Source: a virus
DNA: 64,000 nucleotides
Strand: one strand, 5' to 3'
IMG/VR virus record: IMGVR_UViG_3300010883_000015
Location: 1-64,000 of that record
The position numbers and the translations under genes were made by a program. Position 1 is the stretch's first letter. The number at the start of each line of letters is the position of its first letter. Below are positions 9,478 to 18,931 of this stretch, one piece after another. Under the pieces are notes generated by a model. That model made no database searches. It worked only from the letters and a program-made list of their open reading frames with translations, and had not been told where the DNA came from.

Positions 9478-12400
9478 ATGGCAAGAGTCTATCAAGATAT
9501 TAACAAAATCGATCTAGAAACAGAGAGGTTATTGAAAGATAATCTCTCTGAAGAGTTTAATTTTGAAATACCTGAACTGCCATACCCAGACGACAAAGAA
9601 ACAAAAGAAGAATTAGAGTATCTTCTTGATATAGCAAAAAATTGCAGATCAGAACTCAGTGATATTATAAGAATGGTTGATAACGACCTTACCACGCTGT
9701 TCTTTGGTTTCCTTAAAATTAAAGGAATGACTTTATCAGATAATCAAAAGTTAAGCATTGCTGAACTTATCAATAAAAGTGTGCCATTTTTATTAAAAGT
9801 TAAATATAAATATAATAGACCTAGGCCTTGGCAAGATGCTAAATTTTTTAAAATTGATTTTTGGGCGATGGAATCTTCAACATCAAATACACCGTCATAT
9901 CCGAGTGGTCATACTTTTCAAGCATATTTAATAGCAGATTTCTTATCTAAGATATTTCCTGAAAAGCTAAGAGAATTCTATGATATTGCAGAAAAGATAG
10001 GAATAACGAGAATTATTGGTGGCTATCATTACCCTTCTGATAATAAATATTCTCAAATTTTATTTAAAGAATATAAATCCAATGAGCCTGACTCTAGGGG
10101 ATTAGACTCATCTTTGGCAGGATTATTTGACACTCAAGTAGTACAGGAAAAGCTAGAATTTAATGATCTAAAAGCAGACATTAAAGACTTCATATTTAAA
10201 CAATCATCTAAAGATGATCTTACTGATTTTCCAAAGAAGGGAGACAATTTAAAAGTTTCTTTATCTAATAGCAATTGGGACGTTTTTCCTGTTAGTTTTG
10301 CAGATAAAATCAAAAAAGATTATCCGGAAATTTGGAAAAAAGGTGGTAATATAAAAGGTAATGATCAATATAGAGATTTGGTTCCTGTTCAGAACAGAGG
10401 AGGAAACGTTGTTAATAAAAAAGAAGAAGATGCTGTTAGACTTCGAGAGTCGTGGGTCGCTAGGCATTTTAAAAACTTTAGAATAGAAGGTGTTATAGCT
10501 CAAATAAAATGGCTAGCAGTTGGTTCTAAAGGATTAAATTACATGAAAAATTTAGTGAGAGATGAAATGAAAAAAATAGATGGAAAGGTAAATCTTGGAA
10601 AAGTTTTAAATGAAGATTTTGAAATATTAGAGGTTGGCTCTCAAGAGAATAAACCTAATAGTTATTTGATTAAATCAAAAACACCTCAGAAGTTATCGAT
10701 GTATATCGATTATATTCAAGTTAGAGATATGACTCCTGACGAAACAAGAGATCTTGGGAATAAGAAAGATAATAATTTCTTAATAAAGGGAATTGCTAGT
10801 TCAACTTCCGTAGATCATTATGGAACTGAAATGTCTCTTGGTGCATTAAAAAGCATGGAAGACCAAATCGCCAATGGAGTTGTTATACTTCCTCGTCATG
10901 AAAGCATGAGTGGAGGAGCAGGTATTGCTGAATGGGATGAAGTCATTGGTCGAACATTATCTGCCAAGATTGTTAGGTCGGATGTAAAGAATAAAGATGG
11001 ATCAAAAATTGGTCATGTTTTAGAAGTAACAAGTCAGTTGTTTGGAGAAGACAATAGAACAAAAAATCTTATGAGAAGACTAAATCGTGGTGAATTGATT
11101 GGTCAGTCCATTGGCGGTTGGTTTGAAAATGTTAGGGTTGAAGAGGGCCTTAGTGGAGAGATAGAGAGAGTTATTGTAGAGGATGTGACACTTGATCATA
11201 TTGCCATTACTAGGGCACCTGCAAATCCTGATTCTTATGGATTGTCTTTACTAAATGTGAGAAACAAATTACAATCATTCCTTAAGGGGAGAAATAAAAT
11301 GAATAGTAACGAAACAGAAGAGTTATTGGAAGATATTTCAGCATCTACTGATTGCTTAGAAAAAAGAAACTTTGATGAACTTGCAACTGTTGAAGATCCA
11401 TTGTCTGGCGAAAAAATGACACATGGCGATGCAAAAGCAGACGATAGTAATGCACAGAATCCTTTTGAAATTGCTCATGATGATATTGAAAAGGTTCGAG
11501 AAGAGGAAAGGAGGGACGTTATGGATGAAGACCTCCAAGAGAAAGAAGATCACTACAAAGGTGGTGAAGATGATGATGTGGATCAGATTGAAAAACTTGA
11601 AGAAGACGAAGATTATGACAAAGAAAAGCGTGAAGAATATGAGCGCATGAAAGAAAACTTTGCACTAATGAAAGAAGAAATGGAGCGCATGAAAAAAGAA
11701 ATGGAGCGCATGAAAGAAATGAAACTTGATCAAAGTGAATTCGATGAAGGTAAAGAATCCGAAGGTACTAAATTGTATGATGAAGACGTTATCAATTCAC
11801 TTCGTTCTGCATTACCGTTTGTAAAAATGTCAATCGCACCGATTGATGTAGAATGGAATTGGGATGCTGCTGCTTCTAATAATGTTTTGGGTGACGATAA
11901 TTGGAATAGATTTGCAAAGGCGCACCTATATCGTATTGATGACTCAAATTTTGAAACAAAAAGTGCCTATAGATTACCTATTGCAAAAATGATAGATGGA
12001 GAACTTAAAATTGTTTTTCGAGCCTTGGTTGCTGTAATGGGTGCATTAAATGGCGCAAGAAACGGTGTTAAATTAACAAAAGAAGATAGAAGTAAAGTAT
12101 ATGAAAATCTTGCTAAATATTATTCTCTTTTTGACAAAGAAGCACCAGAGCTTAGAAGTTATGAAGAATGCTTCGATGACGGCTATGAAGTAGGTTATGA
12201 AGAAGGCTATGAGAATGCTTCTGAGAAATTATCAAAATCCACACAAGATACTGATAATAAATTTGACAATAAAACTAATTTAAATCATGCTTTTACTGAT
12301 GGTGAAGGCGAAGCTTTTGCCAAAGGTAAAAGTAATAATCCTGAAAGATATGGAGAAAATATCATGGAACCCAAAGAACTACAATCAATAATCGAGCAAG

Positions 12401-12792
12401 TTACTCGAAGTGTTGTTGAGACTCTTTCAACAAACACTCCTCAAGTAAAAGAAGAAGAGCCTATCGATAGTGTTGCTGATCTAAAAGCAAGACTTGACCG
12501 AGCAGAATTCACCCTTGCTAAAGTAATGGAAACTCCTGTACGAGCAGGACGGCATCTAAGCACTACAATTAGTGGTATTGGATCTAGGTCTGCTTTTGAA
12601 GATCTAGCGAATCGATCTCAACAAGGTGGTAACGTAGCACTTTCCTGTGTTGTACAAGCTAATCTTGATAAGCTAAGTAATGATAATATTTCTAAACTTA
12701 GCAATCATGAGTTGAGAAGTCTGTTAGCTGCCGGATTACGCGGTGCACAACAAGATGGATTACTCGGTACACCTGTCGCTGGCTGGCAATAA
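9478..12792 (+). CDS. multidomain prohead protease/scaffold with N-terminal PAP2 (acid phosphatase/haloperoxidase) domain
   Basis: PAP2 motifs KYKYNRPRP, YPSGH, TRIIGGYHYPSD; HK97-type protease IKGIASSTSVD..H..SIGG..LDHIAITRAPANPDS; acidic coiled coil; lies directly upstream of the capsid gene. Confidence 0.8.
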   Translation: MARVYQDINKIDLETERLLKDNLSEEFNFEIPELPYPDDKETKEELEYLLDIAKNCRSELSDIIRMVDNDLTTLFFGFLKIKGMTLSDNQKLSIAELINKSVPFLLKVKYKYNRPRPWQDAKFFKIDFWAMESSTSNTPSYPSGHTFQAYLIADFLSKIFPEKLREFYDIAEKIGITRIIGGYHYPSDNKYSQILFKEYKSNEPDSRGLDSSLAGLFDTQVVQEKLEFNDLKADIKDFIFKQSSKDDLTDFPKKGDNLKVSLSNSNWDVFPVSFADKIKKDYPEIWKKGGNIKGNDQYRDLVPVQNRGGNVVNKKEEDAVRLRESWVARHFKNFRIEGVIAQIKWLAVGSKGLNYMKNLVRDEMKKIDGKVNLGKVLNEDFEILEVGSQENKPNSYLIKSKTPQKLSMYIDYIQVRDMTPDETRDLGNKKDNNFLIKGIASSTSVDHYGTEMSLGALKSMEDQIANGVVILPRHESMSGGAGIAEWDEVIGRTLSAKIVRSDVKNKDGSKIGHVLEVTSQLFGEDNRTKNLMRRLNRGELIGQSIGGWFENVRVEEGLSGEIERVIVEDVTLDHIAITRAPANPDSYGLSLLNVRNKLQSFLKGRNKMNSNETEELLEDISASTDCLEKRNFDELATVEDPLSGEKMTHGDAKADDSNAQNPFEIAHDDIEKVREEERRDVMDEDLQEKEDHYKGGEDDDVDQIEKLEEDEDYDKEKREEYERMKENFALMKEEMERMKKEMERMKEMKLDQSEFDEGKESEGTKLYDEDVINSLRSALPFVKMSIAPIDVEWNWDAAASNNVLGDDNWNRFAKAHLYRIDDSNFETKSAYRLPIAKMIDGELKIVFRALVAVMGALNGARNGVKLTKEDRSKVYENLAKYYSLFDKEAPELRSYEECFDDGYEVGYEEGYENASEKLSKSTQDTDNKFDNKTNLNHAFTDGEGEAFAKGKSNNPERYGENIMEPKELQSIIEQVTRSVVETLSTNTPQVKEEEPIDSVADLKARLDRAEFTLAKVMETPVRAGRHLSTTISGIGSRSAFEDLANRSQQGGNVALSCVVQANLDKLSNDNISKLSNHELRSLLAAGLRGAQQDGLLGTPVAGWQ
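11641..11724 (+). repeat. 21-bp coding repeats (heptad MERMKKE) in the scaffold region
   Basis: GAGCGCATGAAA occurs three times, on a 21-nt period. Confidence 0.7.
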
Positions 12793-12816
12793 TTAAATTT
12801 AACTGGAGATATTACA

Positions 12817-13851
12817 ATGTCTAACAATTCCTCTTGGTTCGGATCTGATTCCGCAACTCGTCAAAGATTCCAACGTGCTACTGAATTAACAGTAACAGGT
12901 GCAGGATCTGAACTTCTACAATCTTTTATCAATAGAACTGTCCAGCAATTGACTCTTCGTGAATTTGGTCTACAAGCCATACTTCCACGTCGAGCGGGTT
13001 CTGGGCAAGCAGAAATCATTAACCGAAGAACCGCTGGTACAACTGGTGGGGAATGGGTTGCTGATACTACTAGTACTAACTTCGATGAAGTAGGTGCATA
13101 TACACAGGTTTCATTCACATATAGATCACTTCTGACTCGTGGTAAAGTAACTCGTAAGTTGCAAGCTACTGGTCGATCTTATGCTGATGTTCTTGCTCTT
13201 GAAATGAGCGCAAAAGCAGAAGACTTTGCCAACTCTTTGGAGAATGGTATTGTCATGGGTGATACTGCTGGTAAATGTGGTCTTCCCGCTAGTGCCAATA
13301 TTGCAAATGGCTTTCTAACCTTGATTCAAGGTGTTAGTTCTTTTGATATGAGCCAATGTGTTTCAGCAACCGGAACTTCTGTTAATGGTACAATTACCCT
13401 TAGCAAGTTGGATGCAGCTATTGATCTTGTTAAAGGATCTGCCCAACGTGGTGATCTGGCTATCATCGGTTCATTCGCTGGTATCCGACAGATCAATTCC
13501 CAATTGCAATCTCAACAACAATTTAATAATGTAGTTGAAGTTGCTGCTGGTTTCCGTGTTCGCACTTATGATGGTATACCTCTTATCGTAAGTACTTCCA
13601 TGCCAAATACTTTTGAATTTGGTCTTGGGGTTGCAAATGTTAATACTATTACTGGAAATTCTAGTAATGGTACATGTTTGATGATCCTTAATACTCGGTA
13701 TTGCTTCCTAAGTGAGCTAACACCTACTACTGTAATGCCACTTGCTAAGTCAAGTTCTCAATATGATGAATTTGATATGTATTGGGATGGTGCTCCAGTA
13801 TTGTCAAATACAAAAGGTGGATCGCTTCTTACTAATATTAAAGCAGATTAA
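12817..13851 (+). CDS. major capsid protein (HK97 fold)
   Basis: 344 aa; GGAG RBS; ENGIVMGD, TLSKLDAAID, VRTYDGIPLIVS; follows protease/scaffold; strong terminator after. Confidence 0.85.
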   Translation: MSNNSSWFGSDSATRQRFQRATELTVTGAGSELLQSFINRTVQQLTLREFGLQAILPRRAGSGQAEIINRRTAGTTGGEWVADTTSTNFDEVGAYTQVSFTYRSLLTRGKVTRKLQATGRSYADVLALEMSAKAEDFANSLENGIVMGDTAGKCGLPASANIANGFLTLIQGVSSFDMSQCVSATGTSVNGTITLSKLDAAIDLVKGSAQRGDLAIIGSFAGIRQINSQLQSQQQFNNVVEVAAGFRVRTYDGIPLIVSTSMPNTFEFGLGVANVNTITGNSSNGTCLMILNTRYCFLSELTPTTVMPLAKSSSQYDEFDMYWDGAPVLSNTKGGSLLTNIKAD

Positions 13852-13870
13852 TATTTAAAAAGCATGAATT

Positions 13871-13906
13871 AAAAAGGGGGGCTAAATATAGTCTCCCTTT
13901 TTTTTT
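13871..13906 (+). terminator. intrinsic terminator after the capsid gene
   Basis: AAAAAGGGGGGCTA-AATA-TAGTCTCCCTTTTTTTTT. Confidence 0.85.
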
Positions 13907-13967
13907 GTTTATTTTATTCAAAAACGGTATTACTATAATATATAATTCCAAATAAAAGAGAGGCACA

Positions 13968-14276
13968 GTGTTTGTATTAAGACGATATGATAGTATTCCT
14001 AGAACCGGTAATTTGTTCTGTTCTTATGAAGAAGTGGTAAATACAACGGTTACTAATTATAATAATAAATTAGCAACTACTTTATTTTTAAATACCGTAA
14101 CAGCTAGGGATCTTGCACTTAAACAGGGTTGGCAAGATGAATCAGAAGAATATAATAAACACTTAGAAGCAGAACAAGAAATTGTTGATTCCAAGAAATT
14201 AGAAGATTTTGTGGCTACAATAGAAATTAAGAAAGTAAAAAAGAAAAATACTAACCGAAGTAAAAAAAAGAAGTAA
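13968..14276 (+). CDS. hypothetical protein (head module)
   Basis: GTG start after GAGG; lysine-rich C-terminus. Confidence 0.55.
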   Translation: MFVLRRYDSIPRTGNLFCSYEEVVNTTVTNYNNKLATTLFLNTVTARDLALKQGWQDESEEYNKHLEAEQEIVDSKKLEDFVATIEIKKVKKKNTNRSKKKK

Positions 14277-14279
14277 CAT

Positions 14280-14855
14280 ATGGCTTTAGCAACTAGAATA
14301 AAAGTCAAAAGAATGTTGGGTGTGCCATCTGGTATTACTAGATATGACGAGACAATCGATGACTTATTAACTGTTTCTGATCAAATTGTATTAGATGAAA
14401 CAGGATTTAGTACATTAACGGTAACACAATATTCTGAATTATTAACAGTAGACTATGTGGGACAGAATGAACTTGCTTTGAAGTATTCTCCTGTTGTCTC
14501 TGTTGTTGCATTAACAATAGGTGATCAACTTCAAGTATTAAATACAGATTATAGTATAAATGAAGAGCTAGGATTTATTGAATTAAAGCCATTATATGCT
14601 AACTTCCCCACGGGTAGGGGCGTTGTTGATATAACCTATAATGCAGGTATAGACCCTGTTCCTTCTGATCTCACATATGCCTCTAATCTTATTGCTTGTA
14701 GCCTCTTTAATCAACAATCACATGTTGGTTTCCAAAGTGAAAAAGCAGGTAATTATACATATAATTTAGGCAAAAATACAGGTTCAACTATACCGCAAAT
14801 GGCTAATCGAATCTTAAACAAATATAGGCGATTATTCGCAAGGGGAATGACATAA
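14280..14855 (+). CDS. head-tail adaptor (gp6/gp15-like)
   Basis: LAT..KVKRMLG..YDETIDDLL, PVVSV, ITYNAG..VPSDL, SEKAGNYTY, ILNKYRR. Confidence 0.8.
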   Translation: MALATRIKVKRMLGVPSGITRYDETIDDLLTVSDQIVLDETGFSTLTVTQYSELLTVDYVGQNELALKYSPVVSVVALTIGDQLQVLNTDYSINEELGFIELKPLYANFPTGRGVVDITYNAGIDPVPSDLTYASNLIACSLFNQQSHVGFQSEKAGNYTYNLGKNTGSTIPQMANRILNKYRRLFARGMT

Positions 14856-14856
14856 C

Positions 14857-15177
14857 ATGATCTTATTTAAACAATGGGAAGAGAAAGAAGAATACAGAAC
14901 CAATTCTGGGTTTATCAAGGCTAGAAAGTTTAAAGACTTAGCCTTAGTAGAAACTAATGATCAATTACAGCAAAGGTACTTAATGGTTGTTAAGAAATTT
15001 AAAATGTATCAAGGATCAATGCCTTCTGCTTCTCCATCTCCAAGTAGTTCTCTTATTGAAAGAAATAAATCTAAAAGAAACAAGAAGGTTGGAAGTATTT
15101 CTAGCCAACCAAAGCCAGAAGAAAAGAAGCCTGTAAGAAGAAAAAGTACACTACCGAAGCGACGATTAAAAAAATAA
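14857..15177 (+). CDS. hypothetical basic protein
   Basis: 106-aa ORF, K/R/S-rich C-terminal half. Confidence 0.55.
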   Translation: MILFKQWEEKEEYRTNSGFIKARKFKDLALVETNDQLQQRYLMVVKKFKMYQGSMPSASPSPSSSLIERNKSKRNKKVGSISSQPKPEEKKPVRRKSTLPKRRLKK

Positions 15178-15198
15178 TTTGATAGTTAAATAAAACAT

Positions 15199-15265
15199 TT
15201 CTTATTGATACATGTATTAATTATAATTATATATAATTATATATAATTAATACATGTTCATATAA
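15199..15265. promoter_or_regulatory. palindromic AT-rich intergenic element, copy 1
   Basis: 16-bp perfect inverted repeat ACATGTATTAATTATA (15210-15225) / TATAATTAATACATGT (15242-15257); flanks TTCTTATTGAT and TCATATAA shared with the 61871 copy. Confidence 0.65.
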
Positions 15266-15333
15266 TAAAATTATATAACCACGCTTAATTAATATTCCTT
15301 CTTGGGCGTTTCTTTTTAATAAACAGGTGAATA

Positions 15334-15759
15334 ATGAAAATCAAAATCAAGAAAACTCATCCTAATGCTATTTTACCAAAATATGCAAAGGATGGTGATG
15401 CCTGTATGGATCTTTTTTGTGTAGACACAGAAATAGATCAATATGGTAATACCGTTTGTAATACAGGCGTTGCTATTGAAATACCAAAAGACTATGTGGG
15501 GTTAATTTTTCCAAGATCTTCAATAAGTAAAAATAGCTTATTTCTAAGAAACTCTGTGGGTGTTATTGATTCTGGCTATCGAGGTACAATATATGCTTCT
15601 TTTGGTTCTTATCAAGATGAGCCAAATAAAACTTATCAAGCTGGAGATCGAGTTTGTCAATTAATGATTATGCCGTTTCCTAAATTTGAATTTGAAGAAG
15701 TAGACACATTAAGCGAATCTGACCGTGGCATTGGTGGTTTCGGATCAACAGGAGAATAA
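15334..15759 (+). CDS. dut: trimeric dUTPase
   Basis: ACMDL, FPRSS, GVIDSGYRG, GDRVCQL, RGIGGFGSTG. Confidence 0.95.
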   Translation: MKIKIKKTHPNAILPKYAKDGDACMDLFCVDTEIDQYGNTVCNTGVAIEIPKDYVGLIFPRSSISKNSLFLRNSVGVIDSGYRGTIYASFGSYQDEPNKTYQAGDRVCQLMIMPFPKFEFEEVDTLSESDRGIGGFGSTGE

Positions 15760-15760
15760 G

Positions 15761-16765
15761 ATGACAAAGAGAGCGTTAATTACAGGGGCTTGTGGGTTTA
15801 TTGGACATGCTTTAGTTGAGGATCTTCTAATTAGAACAGACTACGATATTGTGTGTCTTGATAGGCTTGATATATCGGGAACAATGGATCGCATAAAATA
15901 TATATTGGATGCTTATCCTGAGAAGGCTCACAGGGTTTCATTCGTGTTCCACGATCTTAAAGCAGAACTAAACGAATATACAATAAATCAAATAGGTGAT
16001 ATTAATTATATATTCCACTTGGCTGCGGGTTCTCACGTTGACAGGTCTATTAAATATCCATTATCTTTTGTTATGGATAATGTTGTTGGTACAGCACACT
16101 TGCTAGACTATGCAAGGCTTCATTGTTGTAATTTAGACTTGTTTTACTATTTTAGTACTGATGAAGTCTTTGGGCCTGCACAAGAAGAGCCATATAAAGA
16201 ATGGGATAGATATAATTCTGGAAACCCTTATTCAGCCAGTAAAGCTGGTGCAGAAGAATTGTGTATTGCATATTCAAATACATATAGAATCCCTATGATT
16301 ATTACTCATTGCATGAACGCTTTTGGGGTTCGCCAACATAAAGAAAAATATATTCCTATTTGTATTGATAAAATAGAAAAGGGTGAGAAAATATTTATTC
16401 ACTCCAATAAAGATTGTACAAAAGCAGGAAGTAGATTTTATATCCATACAGAAGACATAAGTGATGCTGTTTTGTTTTTGTTGGATAAGTGGAATGAAGG
16501 AGAATTAAACTTTTGTGATAAATACAATATTATTGGGAGTCAAGAATTGGATAATTTTGAAATTGCCGAATTGATAGCTAATTATATGGGTAAATCATTG
16601 AATTATGAATTTGTTGATTTTCATAGCGACAGACCGGGTCATGATCTTAGGTATTCTTTATGTGATGAAAAAATGAATAGATTAGGATGGAAGCCTAAGT
16701 CTATGACTGATAGATTGCATAAAACCATCGATTGGTATTTAGAAAATAAAAAATGGCTAAAGTAG
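15761..16765 (+). CDS. rmlB: dTDP-glucose 4,6-dehydratase (RmlB-like SDR)
   Basis: ITGACGFIG, HLAAGSHVDRS, STDEVFG, YSASK, RPGHDLRY; start at ATG 15761 after AGGAG. Confidence 0.85.
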   Translation: MTKRALITGACGFIGHALVEDLLIRTDYDIVCLDRLDISGTMDRIKYILDAYPEKAHRVSFVFHDLKAELNEYTINQIGDINYIFHLAAGSHVDRSIKYPLSFVMDNVVGTAHLLDYARLHCCNLDLFYYFSTDEVFGPAQEEPYKEWDRYNSGNPYSASKAGAEELCIAYSNTYRIPMIITHCMNAFGVRQHKEKYIPICIDKIEKGEKIFIHSNKDCTKAGSRFYIHTEDISDAVLFLLDKWNEGELNFCDKYNIIGSQELDNFEIAELIANYMGKSLNYEFVDFHSDRPGHDLRYSLCDEKMNRLGWKPKSMTDRLHKTIDWYLENKKWLK

Positions 16766-17301
16766 GCTGCATTATATTTTCTGATAGAGTTTACGGGATA
16801 GTTCGTAATCGTTACTCTTTAACAGAACTAATTCGTAAAGATCATCCCGATATTTTCTTTAGGAAACTTACCGCTAAGAATATTTCTGTTCTTAGTAGGG
16901 TCTATACAAGCAAATTAGAGGATCTGAGGAAATTTGCTCAAGGCAATGATAAAACGATTGCATTTATAGCGGTTGGATTGTCTGAGTGTGCAGGTGGTTA
17001 TGATTATGGAATGATGAGTGTTCATGTAAATGGGATGATTTCAGAATTAGAAGAGATTGGATGTGAGGTTTGTTTAATCAATGGAAAAGTTAACAATAAA
17101 TTAAATGGTAAGTTTTCAATATTCTATGAAAACCATCACTGTAACTTGTTAAAGATTTCCAAAGAAAGATTCTGTGATATAATAAGACCAGAATTTAAAT
17201 TATTATTCTTGGACAAAAAAGATTATTTAATATCAAGTCATACGGTTCTTTCTTATGTGAATAATATTTGTTCTTATATAGAGGCGAATAAACATGTATA
17301 A
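16753..17301 (+). CDS. hypothetical protein, possibly a degenerate SGNH-like fold
   Basis: 182-aa ORF overlapping the rmlB stop; IIFSD N-terminal strand. Confidence 0.5.
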   Translation: MAKVGCIIFSDRVYGIVRNRYSLTELIRKDHPDIFFRKLTAKNISVLSRVYTSKLEDLRKFAQGNDKTIAFIAVGLSECAGGYDYGMMSVHVNGMISELEEIGCEVCLINGKVNNKLNGKFSIFYENHHCNLLKISKERFCDIIRPEFKLLFLDKKDYLISSHTVLSYVNNICSYIEANKHV

Positions 17302-17439
17302 TGCCAATTTAATCCAACAACACGTGCTGTATTTTGATTGCAAAGCAAATCATCGCGCATTGTATTCAATGCCAATAAGAAATGCCGAAAAAGGCTATTT
17401 TTGCTCGATTCTTGTGATAACAAAAAATACTGGTGTCTA

Positions 17440-18042
17440 ATGATTTTATCAATGTGCTTTACTACCGCAAAAGTTATCAGACAAAGCAATACAAGTGTTT
17501 CTGAAACAACTGTTTCTTCAACAATAACTGTATCTAGCCAACCACAAGTAAGAACAGCAGTAACTCTTATTTTTGCTATTAGGGTTACTGGTAATGCCAC
17601 AATAACAGGCACATTAAGTGGTGTATCTCAAATTGAGATAATATCTATATCTGCAAATAAAATTGGTCAAACGATTAAGCAATTTGATACCATTACAAAA
17701 GTTGATTTATCTAGCGGGATTGTATCAACAGGAACAACTTTTAAAGTAAAATATGCAGGTACTTCAGGTACTTCTGTTCCTATATTAACAGATGTTATTG
17801 ATAATTGGCCTATTCGGATATCACGAGGAAAGTCTTATATTAAGGTTGATATGGACGGATCAACTGAGATGGAAAAGTGTTCTGCAATTCTTCCTTATGA
17901 TACTTTATGGACACCAAAGGAATTTGATATAATAACGATTAAAGAAACAAGCGAGAAATTTATAGTCGTTGGGGCACCAGAAATGGAGCAAGTAGGGATT
18001 AATCAACATTGGAATGTATATTTATCAAGGTATGAGAGATAA
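17440..18042 (+). CDS. putative head-closure/virion structural protein
   Basis: Ser/Thr-rich beta-type N-terminus; C-terminal FDIITI..EKFIVVG..HWNVYL typical of head-tail joining proteins; position in the neck module. Confidence 0.5.
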   Translation: MILSMCFTTAKVIRQSNTSVSETTVSSTITVSSQPQVRTAVTLIFAIRVTGNATITGTLSGVSQIEIISISANKIGQTIKQFDTITKVDLSSGIVSTGTTFKVKYAGTSGTSVPILTDVIDNWPIRISRGKSYIKVDMDGSTEMEKCSAILPYDTLWTPKEFDIITIKETSEKFIVVGAPEMEQVGINQHWNVYLSRYER

Positions 18043-18106
18043 ACAACATATTGAACTTGGTTCGTCTTAATATTTCTTTAATTGTATTATCTCAATAGGA
18101 TTATAC

Positions 18107-18520
18107 ATGAAAAGCACTAGCGAAATGAAAGCCATAATTACCAGAAAGTTTTTCTATTCTGATATAGAACTGTTAGAAGTATTCCAGTCTGCATTATTAA
18201 TTTTTGTAAATCCATTTAATCTATCTTCAGTTGAATGCGCAGACTGCGGTACTTATCTTTCTTATATGTCTATCCCCAGTTTTATTATAGGAATTATAAC
18301 CATTATAAGTGTAATTTTTGATTACCATATAAAATCACGAATTAGAGTTGCAAGGCTTCACTGGGTTTTGTGTGTTGTCATAACTTCATTAATGTTATGT
18401 AGCACTGATCATATAGGTACCGGATTATTGTCTTATTATATTGTTCAGTGTGTATTTTGTGCATTTATTATAATTAGATTAAATTCTGAATTTTTACACA
18501 ACAAAAGAACAAGAGGATAA
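18107..18520 (+). CDS. multi-pass membrane protein (holin-like)
   Basis: about four hydrophobic segments and a basic C-terminus. Confidence 0.5.
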   Translation: MKSTSEMKAIITRKFFYSDIELLEVFQSALLIFVNPFNLSSVECADCGTYLSYMSIPSFIIGIITIISVIFDYHIKSRIRVARLHWVLCVVITSLMLCSTDHIGTGLLSYYIVQCVFCAFIIIRLNSEFLHNKRTRG

Positions 18521-18524
18521 TAAA

Positions 18525-18857
18525 ATGAATGAAATGGTTATAACTGCTATCCTTTCGTTAATTGGCGCTTTTTTTAGTGCCAAAGGTTGGGAATACTGGC
18601 GAGCTAGAGAGCAAAACAAAAAAGAATTGGACATGAAGGAAAGAGAGGATGTTCACTTGTATCGAGATGATTTGCGCATAGAGGTAGGAAGACTAAGAAC
18701 TGAACTTCAGGGAGTTTATATTAAACGAGAGGAGGAACTGCTTAAACTTACCAAGTCAATTGCTGATCTTCGTGCCGAACTAGCGAGTTTTAAAACACGC
18801 GTAGAATTTCTAGAAAAAGAAAATCAAGAATTGCGAGATGCTCTTAATAAAAAGTAA
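18525..18857 (+). CDS. single-TM coiled-coil protein (lysis accessory-like)
   Basis: N-terminal hydrophobic helix, KGWEYW, long heptad coiled coil. Confidence 0.55.
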   Translation: MNEMVITAILSLIGAFFSAKGWEYWRAREQNKKELDMKEREDVHLYRDDLRIEVGRLRTELQGVYIKREEELLKLTKSIADLRAELASFKTRVEFLEKENQELRDALNKK

Positions 18858-18931
18858 AAAAATTATATTGTTAATAATTAATTAAGACAATATGCTTTAT
18901 GTAGGTTCGAGAAACCATTACAGGAGTTAAT

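Noticed and set aside
17338-17439. TTG-started extension of the head-closure ORF
   Set aside because: No RBS; ATG 17440 is the more plausible start.
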